Shown in pieces: positions 57,000-64,000 of a stretch of DNA of 64,000 nt (positions are counted from its first letter, which is position 1; each line of letters opens with the position of its first letter). This DNA comes from Tetramitus jugosus (taxonomy: Eukaryota; Protista; Heterolobosea), in NCBI GenBank assembly GCA_937625935.1, contig OW569361.1, positions 461,390 to 525,389 of the forward strand, written 5' to 3'. A model generated the notes under the pieces. The model was not told the DNA's origin, did no database searches, and was given only the letters and a program-made list of their open reading frames with translations. A program made the position numbers and the translations under genes.

Positions 57000-59900
57000 T
57001 TAATCATGCTTCTTAGTTCGTTTCTGTGGAGATGCTTGAGAGCTGTCTAATACATCTGCATCACGTTTCTTACTAGTGGAAACTTTCTTCTTCTTTGTTG
57101 GTTGTTGAGAGTCTTTGTCAGGTGGAGACTTTCTCTTCTTGGAAGAGACAGAAGGTTGTGTGGACAGCTTGCTGCTCTTTGCGTTTCTTTTCTTCCTCCT
57201 AGGCGCAGTCATCACTTCATCTCCTTCTTGATCAAGCTTTGCTGCCTGCAACAGTTTATACATGAGAGCACCAACAGTTGAATGTTTGTTCGCACTAACA
57301 TTATATCTCTTCGAGAGTTGAGTAATCAGTACATCTTTAGACATCTTCAAGACCATCTCTCTGGTCAATTCCTGATCATCTGTAATCACTGGTTGCTTAT
57401 TTCCAAACTTCAGAACTGAGTCACCACTGCCTTTCAAAACAGACAACAATCTAGATTTCAGATCGTCCTTAGTACCACGAATATCGTAATTCCTGTGATG
57501 CAGCATGATCTTCAGCTCATTCTTCTTCATCTTATTGATTGCTGTTTCCGTCAAATCTTCAAACGTCACTAGAAGATCATACGCAGCACGACGTTGAATT
57601 GGGTTAGCACATCCAAAGCAGTAGCAGGCTAACGTACAGCCAGCAGAACCTTCCACAGTACAAGAACATGATACACATCCACCAGTACAGTTACATCCAA
57701 CACCTTTCCTCTGACGAGAAAGTTTAATCACTTCCTCTCTGACCTTCTCTTCAGATCCGTACTTATGTACCAACAGACTGTACATCATATGTGTATCATA
57801 CCTAGCACCATGGATCTTTGACTCATCTATCTGTTCTACCTGCTTTAGTCGGTGATTGAATATATCCGCAAGCTTGCCAACCCTGTCAATGATCCTACCT
57901 TCATCATCACACACAAACTCTTCCCCAATAAGCTTCCTAGCATCCACCCATACAACATCATACTCATCAAACTCTGGTACCAGTTCACTACAACTTGTAA
58001 TCCTGGAATCATCGAATGCTGAGTTGAAAGCAACACAGATGGCTCTACATCTCCTGTCACAAGTGACTAATCTGTAGAAGGCCTGAATACCTTTCTCAAG
58101 CAAAGGCTGCCCAATTACATCTTCCCTAGGTGAGTTTCAAGAGCTGTTGGATAATGATAAGGTCGTCGATTGCACTGTCCACACTGAAACCAGTGCTTCT
58201 TGTGACTGGTTTTCTTGTGACCTGTAGTCTCTCCCTGTGAGGCAAGTTTCAATCTCATGTAGTGTATAATACAAGCGTTGTAGTACTTGGATGGTTGTTG
58301 GACATCTGATGGTAAAGACCATCGACGAATTGTTGGATCTGTACAAATTATACGTTGATCCCACTCTGATCTACCAGATAGTGTACTAAATTCGCAAGCA
58401 GTTACCCCACGAGTGACACAAAATGTCAGCTCAACTGCGAGCGTTGACAATGCCGATCTCTTTAGGTGGTATGATACCTGTCTCTCATTCAGATATTGTA
58501 CAAGCTTGTACAAATTATTGACAGTAGTGGTAACATGGCGACTGGTCTGTGATGCCAGTTTAAACTGAGCAGATTTTTCTGATGCATTCCACCCACATAT
58601 ATAACTCATTAGACTGTCCTCTGTGACTGTCTCACTTGGTTTGGATTTACCATACAATCGTACATCCATAAAGCAATCATACAAGCTTCGGATTTGACCC
58701 AAGTATTGTGATAGCTCGAGCGCTGAGCTGCGTTCTTGCTCAGAGTACATATCTTCTGGTAAGCTCTTGTAAGTGCTGTTTGCACTCTCTCTGATGTGAT
58801 CTCTAAACATGGAAGCATTTTCATGATGTCTGGAGGATTCAACCAACTGTCTTTGATAAAGCTTAAAACTCCATCACTAGGACTCTTATTACACAGATCA
58901 ATCAGTAAATTCATATGTATCTGGTGTCCACCAGGTTCCAGCCCTCTGTTCAGCAGGGCATTTCTCAGAGCCTTCAGTAGATAACTGAAGTCAAACAAGT
59001 GAAACCACGAAGTGCCATACTTGTCTCTCATATACTTCTCCATATAACTCTGCACTGCATCGTTACATAAATCGCCATCAGGGAGCGTCCAGATATTATT
59101 TCTTACGGCCCCCTAGGGAGGGGGTCTGAGAAATTTATTCAAATATTTATTCATAGGGGGTCTCTTGATTCCAATCCTAGTAGGAGAATTAACGTAACGT
59201 TCGAATGTACAGGAAAATGTGTTATTCAAATTTATTCACAACACGGAAAAAAATAAATCATTGCAATCTGATTCTATAGAGCTCACCGTCTACTATTATG
59301 CCATTCTGGTCGATATCAACAGGATTGGTATCAGGCTGTTCAACAGTGACATTAACCAGAAGTGAGTATCCTTGCCTTCATACACTCCAATAATATAGTG
59401 GTTGAGATCAAGCATTAACTTATTCCTTGGCACGTTCTTATCAGACAATGTCACGTGCGTCATGTTCTTCTTGAGATCATTGTTTGCATTCTTATACAGA
59501 AACTTTGCGTCTCCACCAAGAGCATGATCGCCTGTTGGAAGTTTAAGGAATGTAATATCTTTTTCATTCACTCTCGACTCTGATATTACCTGTCTCTCCA
59601 AGCTTGTTCATAATAGGTTGATAGTCCTTCTCGAGCTCAGCAAGTCGTTCTGGAGTGTACTGTATCCAACTGTCCATCTTCATGCTATCTTTTGATAGTC
59701 TGATCATATAGAAGCTATCAATTCGATTACTGATGCTCCTGTTCTTCTATAACCTATGCCATCAACAACATTCGTTGTGAGTTCTCTACAGCGATTTCGT
59801 TGTTGAGGGCTTCTGAATTTCTTTGGTGTTGGTGCTTTTGGTGGTGTATCCACTGTACTAGGTCGAGTTCGCTTGTTCCTACTTCCTGGAGGTCTACCAC

Positions 59901-60057
59901 GACCCTTTTTTGGTGTTGGCTGTGTGTTGCCTTGATCGCTCTCTGGTTGTGTGTTGTCCGGATGTGAACCTCTGTCTGTACACTGTGATCCATCTCGTTG
60001 AGTGTTGTCAGTACTCTGCGTATTGTCTTGTGTTCCAGCCGTTGTCACACCATTCAC
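57000..60057 (-). mobile_element. Frameshifted P-element/THAP9-like DDE transposase with AT-hook, C2H2, DEDDh exonuclease, CXC and SAP domains
   Basis: GRGRPPG; GGDA; DGDLCN; FDFSYLLKALRN; LNPPDIMKM...SERVQTAL; LAVELTF..TR; CGQC...H; VAFNSAFD...HGARYD; CNC...CYC..CANP; MKKNELK..L...GTKDDLKSRL. Confidence 0.75.
59080..59262. mobile_element. ~180 bp non-coding insertion interrupting the transposase (transposon-end-like)
   Basis: Separates YRIRLQ from DGDLCN. Contains four TTATTCA copies, two GGGGGTCT copies and a CCCCCT...AGGGGG palindrome. Confidence 0.5.
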
Positions 60058-60185
60058 TTGAACAGTGTAAATTTCAAATGACGCATCTATAGCAGTGTGT
60101 GCACTACGGTTCTGAGTGAATATGCTTCGTTTCGTTCTTATGAATGTAGGAACAAGGTGATCCCTTACGCCAAATGCCTTTCCAA

Positions 60186-60205
60186 TGGGTTGGGTTTGGG
60201 TTTGG
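60186..60205 (+). repeat. Interstitial telomeric repeat
   Basis: TGGGTTGGGTTTGGGTTTGG, same orientation as the terminal array. Confidence 0.85.
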
Positions 60206-63059
60206 TGTTACATCCGCGTTTTGGTAAACCCATACCCAACCTCTGGTTAACTATCATTGCACTGGCAGCGTTAGCTGACAGTGCTGAACAAAAAAACTGT
60301 ATATTTATCAAAAAAAAAACTGTTTTATTCGGTTTCACTATCCGAGAGGATGATGTCATCCATCTCAAAATATTCTTCCTCTAAATCCTCCCCGACTATA
60401 GCTGAGTTATACTCTTTTTCCAATTCATCTTTCAACTTTTGAAACTTATTCTTCACTTTTTCCAACTCTGCTTCTTCTTTCTTCATTAAGGCTCCCAACT
60501 TTCTCTTGTAGGTACTCTTGCTCAGAACATTGCTCTTATTGGATTTGCCTTTGCCCCTCAACCTTTTCTCAGTCTCCTTTTTGACGAACGCTTGTGCTTT
60601 TGGATCAACTAACCATTTTCTGATGATTGAACTAGCACCATAGGCTCTTTCAATAGCTCTTCTTCTATCTCTATTCTTCTCTCCCTTGTATTGTAGATCA
60701 GTTACCAGGAATTTCTGACATTGTTTATCAGTTGCTGCTTCATTTTCTGATTTTTGTTTCCAAAACGCCAACCAAACAGAATCTTTACTACCCTTCTCCT
60801 CCTTCATAGCTCTATCTAAGCCTTTGTCAATTCCTCTCCAGTAGTCTTTGAAGAACTTTGGAGGTTGTAGCCTTCTTACATGTGGTTTCCATCTCCTTGT
60901 CTTCTTACCAGTGTAATCATGATAGATCAAAGATGTTAGAACAGCTGCATCAGTAATCTGGGCATTTTCATCCACAGTTGCAATTTCAGAATCTTCTTCT
61001 AAGAATCCCATATCGATAGCCCTTTGATTAATTGTTCTCAAATTCTCCACTCTTTCTGAAGGTTCTTGAATGGCATTGATGGAGGAAAAGTATTGAGTAA
61101 TCCATCTATCATAAGGCTTGAGACTCTCTTTGTTCTTCCAGTGAACAAAATCTGCAAGACTCTCAGATACCCTATCATCAACAACACCATTATTCTCAAT
61201 TCTATTTCTCAATAAACAAGTGACAACCAAACCAGATCTCATTGATCTTGTTGAATATTGCTTCCCAATGGTCTTTGACAAGTTTTTCATGGCATTGCTC
61301 ATATCACGATTCTGCCAGGAAGAAATTTTTCCAGAAGGAGTGAAAAGAGGTTCTTTGTCTGCATCAACAATCAGATCGAATTTACCCGCAATCAAACAAT
61401 TAGCAGCTGAGCCCTTTTTGAACACTTTTCTACAATCGGCCAAGTAAATCAACAAAGCAATGTTGGGACACATTGACAAGTTCACCCAACCAAACAAATT
61501 CTGTCTCCAGAGATCTCCTAACAAGACTTTATCCTTCTTGATTTTCATGTTCACACTCAATCTTATCTTATTATCAGCAACCGTCTTTGTCCAAGTTAAG
61601 TGCTTCAACTTGACATATTGGAAACTGTCTGATCTGAGACCTCTTGCTCTTCCTTGAGCTAATAAAGCATCCAATCTAGCTTCACTCTCGATATGTTGAT
61701 CACACATCAATCTGAGCTTGACCAAATCAGGATTCATCAATGGTTCCACCTTGAACTTGTCATTTCCGAACTTTCTCAGTAATGCCTTCAGTGTGTTCTT
61801 TATCTCTAGCCCCAATTCACCACGAATATCTCGATCTCTCTTCGTTTTGAAAGCAAAGGAAAGAAAACCGTAGCAAAAAGTACTCTGGATAGTGGAGAAC
61901 TTATAATCCTTATCAACTCTCAACCAGTAGAGGTACATCATCAACGTCAATTTCTTCATTGGATAAGGGGTTGGTTGATAAATGTGAAAATCACGATACT
62001 TGGAGTTCATGGTCCTTAAAAAGGAAAAGTATCGTCTTTCGGCGAAGCGAAACAAGTCAACAGTTGCTGGAGCATACTGAGTTCTTGCAATGCTTGCAGT
62101 GATTGCAGTGGCTGCATCTTCCAATCTCTCCATCTCACTCAAAGGACCAAAGGGAACATCAGGGACAAGATCTTCATCAGTTACGCTACCTCTGAATGAA
62201 TCATTGATTTCAGTGAACTCCAACTCACTGATTGGTCTTGAACTGTTCTGGGTATCATTCAATAAAACTAAGTCAGACTCAGCAATAGATTTCTCAACGA
62301 CAGCTTCAAGGTTCAGGGCCTCACCAATGTCTTCCAAATCAGCAACATCATAGCTATCATGGTCCTCCATTCTAGCCAAATCTTCATACAATTTGGTGAC
62401 AGATTGCTCAAAGGTAGTATCAACAGTAGGAATAACAGAAGCAGGAACAGCAGTAGAAGCCGACATAGTAGTATAGTTAATTATATTGGGTGTGGTTGTG
62501 TTTTTTGTTTGATTGATCCGTTCTCCTCTGCTTTTATTTGGAGTTCTGGTGGTCAACTTGCTTTTCGGTCAACTCATTGAAATGTTCTCTAACGGTTGTT
62601 TTGACATGTTAGTTGAATCATGTCAACTCATCTGTCAGTCATCCATCATCGGAGGTTCAACTACAACATCTCAATCTCTGTCACTCTTCATCTTCAACCT
62701 CTCTAATTCCAACCGTTCCTTATTTACCCGTTCATCATCGACTAGCGTGAAGCATCTTCAAATCAGCTGAACTCCGTTAGATCTTCTGATACTTTGGTTG
62801 AACTCTCTGTTTATTTTGAGATTTGTATTTTTCTTAGTCCCACAGGCGTTGTTTCTCAATTTTCCGTGCCACGGTCCTGGACCGTGAACCTTGCATTCGT
62901 TGAACCAATTTATTCCGATGAAGAATCGGGACTATAAAGAAGGGGAGAGGAAAGACTCGAACATTTGACCGCCGACACCTTATCCCGACGTCTCAAGCGT
63001 CTACCTTACTGAAGCAGTACTACAAAATAAACAAAAAATTGGCAGTCGAACTTTTTTCC
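60206..63059 (-). mobile_element. Tyrosine-recombinase-only (Crypton-like) element embedded in telomeric repeat
   Basis: Single long YR ORF, bounded by ...TTTGG on the left and GTTTGGG... on the right. No RT, no long terminal repeats. Confidence 0.7.
60325..62466 (-). CDS. Tyrosine recombinase (713 aa from ATG 62466)
   Basis: Core-binding domain (YAPATV...YLYWL...KFSTI); GLRSDS (R); KKDK (K); CPNIALLIYL; YSTRSMRSG (HxxR box); HWKNKESLKPY (W, catalytic Y). Confidence 0.88.
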   Translation of the reverse strand: MSASTAVPASVIPTVDTTFEQSVTKLYEDLARMEDHDSYDVADLEDIGEALNLEAVVEKSIAESDLVLLNDTQNSSRPISELEFTEINDSFRGSVTDEDLVPDVPFGPLSEMERLEDAATAITASIARTQYAPATVDLFRFAERRYFSFLRTMNSKYRDFHIYQPTPYPMKKLTLMMYLYWLRVDKDYKFSTIQSTFCYGFLSFAFKTKRDRDIRGELGLEIKNTLKALLRKFGNDKFKVEPLMNPDLVKLRLMCDQHIESEARLDALLAQGRARGLRSDSFQYVKLKHLTWTKTVADNKIRLSVNMKIKKDKVLLGDLWRQNLFGWVNLSMCPNIALLIYLADCRKVFKKGSAANCLIAGKFDLIVDADKEPLFTPSGKISSWQNRDMSNAMKNLSKTIGKQYSTRSMRSGLVVTCLLRNRIENNGVVDDRVSESLADFVHWKNKESLKPYDRWITQYFSSINAIQEPSERVENLRTINQRAIDMGFLEEDSEIATVDENAQITDAAVLTSLIYHDYTGKKTRRWKPHVRRLQPPKFFKDYWRGIDKGLDRAMKEEKGSKDSVWLAFWKQKSENEAATDKQCQKFLVTDLQYKGEKNRDRRRAIERAYGASSIIRKWLVDPKAQAFVKKETEKRLRGKGKSNKSNVLSKSTYKRKLGALMKKEEAELEKVKNKFQKLKDELEKEYNSAIVGEDLEEEYFEMDDIILSDSETE

Positions 63060-64000
63060 GTTTGGGTTTGGGTTTGGGTTTGGGTTTGGGTTTGGGTTTG
63101 GGTTTGGGTTTGGGTTTGGGTTTGGGTTTGGGTTTGGGTTTGGGTTTGGGTTTGGGTTTGGGTTTGGGTTTGGGTTTGGGTTTGGGTTTGGGTTTGGGTT
63201 TGGGTTTGGGTTTGGGTTTGGGTTTGGGTTTGGGTTTGGGTTTGGGTTTGGGTTTGGGTTTGGGTTTGGGTTTGGGTTTGGGTTTGGGTTTGGGTTTGGG
63301 TTTGGGTTTGGGTTTGGGTTTGGGTTTGGGTTTGGGTTTGGGTTTGGGTTTGGGTTTGGGTTTGGGTTTGGGTTTGGGTTTGGGTTTGGGTTTGGGTTTG
63401 GGTTTGGGTTTGGGTTTGGGTTTGGGTTTGGGTTTGGGTTTGGGTTTGGGTTTGGGTTTGGGTTTGGGTTTGGGTTTGGGTTTGGGTTTGGGTTTGGGTT
63501 TGGGTTTGGGTTTGGGTTTGGGTTTGGGTTTGGGTTTGGGTTTGGGTTTGGGTTTGGGTTTGGGTTTGGGTTTGGGTTTGGGTTTGGGTTTGGGTTTGGG
63601 TTTGGGTTTGGGTTTGGGTTTGGGTTTGGGTTTGGGTTTGGGTTTGGGTTTGGGTTTGGGTTTGGGTTTGGGTTTGGGTTTGGGTTTGGGTTTGGGTTTG
63701 GGTTTGGGTTTGGGTTTGGGTTTGGGTTTGGGTTTGGGTTTGGGTTTGGGTTTGGGTTTGGGTTTGGGTTTGGGTTTGGGTTTGGGTTTGGGTTTGGGTT
63801 TGGGTTTGGGTTTGGGTTTGGGTTTGGGTTTGGGTTTGGGTTTGGGTTTGGGTTTGGGTTTGGGTTTGGGTTTGGGTTTGGGTTTGGGTTTGGGTTTGGG
63901 TTTGGGTTTGGGTTTGGGTTTGGGTTTGGTTTGGGTTTGGGTTTGGGTTTGGGTTTGGGTTTGGGTTTGGGTTTGGGTTTGGGTTTGGGTTTGGGTTTGG
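63060..64000 (+). repeat. Telomere (TTTGGG)n
   Basis: At least 940 bp of hexamer repeat to the window end, G-rich strand running 5'->3' outward. One TTTGG variant near 63925. Confidence 0.97.

Noticed and set aside
56840-60185. TIR pair for the P-like element (e.g. CACAGGGGGGTCATGTGAC at ~56852)
   Set aside because: No reverse-complement partner found near 60060-60185.
60325-62466. YR as a protelomerase or as part of a DIRS retrotransposon
   Set aside because: The end is a simple-repeat telomere, not a hairpin. No RT/RNase H, gag or split/inverted LTRs are present.
63920-63935. Single TTTGG variant in the telomere
   Set aside because: Most likely a homopolymer sequencing error or telomerase slip.
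1-64000. CRISPR arrays, rRNA or complete tRNA genes
   Set aside because: None recognisable by eye; the window is eukaryotic nuclear DNA.

Overview
Right-hand end of a gene-dense eukaryotic chromosome. The code is standard, and there are a few short GT-AG introns, several with CTAAC/CTAAT-type branch points. Gene content (RWP-RK, PH-PAS-RGS, DUF4116 remnant, mitochondrial RF2) suggests a free-living protist, probably a heterolobosean; this is an inference. Bases 1 to ~52.8 kb hold about 28 mostly housekeeping genes: biotin ligase, NIP7, importin-5, golgin, mt-RF2, mt-MetRS, CCX exchanger, rhomboid, INTS11, a BRCT protein, P4-ATPase, PIG-G and a methyltransferase. ~53-63 kb is a subtelomeric zone. 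It contains a DUF4116 remnant, a broken portal-like (possibly mirusvirus) gene, an F-box gene, and a frameshifted P-like DDE transposase fused to C2H2, DEDDh exonuclease, CXC and SAP domains. It ends with an intact ~2.85 kb element encoding only a tyrosine recombinase, flanked on both sides by TTTGGG telomeric repeat. The window finishes in at least 940 bp of (TTTGGG)n. The best candidate for an undescribed system is this putative telomere-targeting tyrosine-recombinase (Crypton-like) element. All family calls come from motif recognition by eye; no searches were run.
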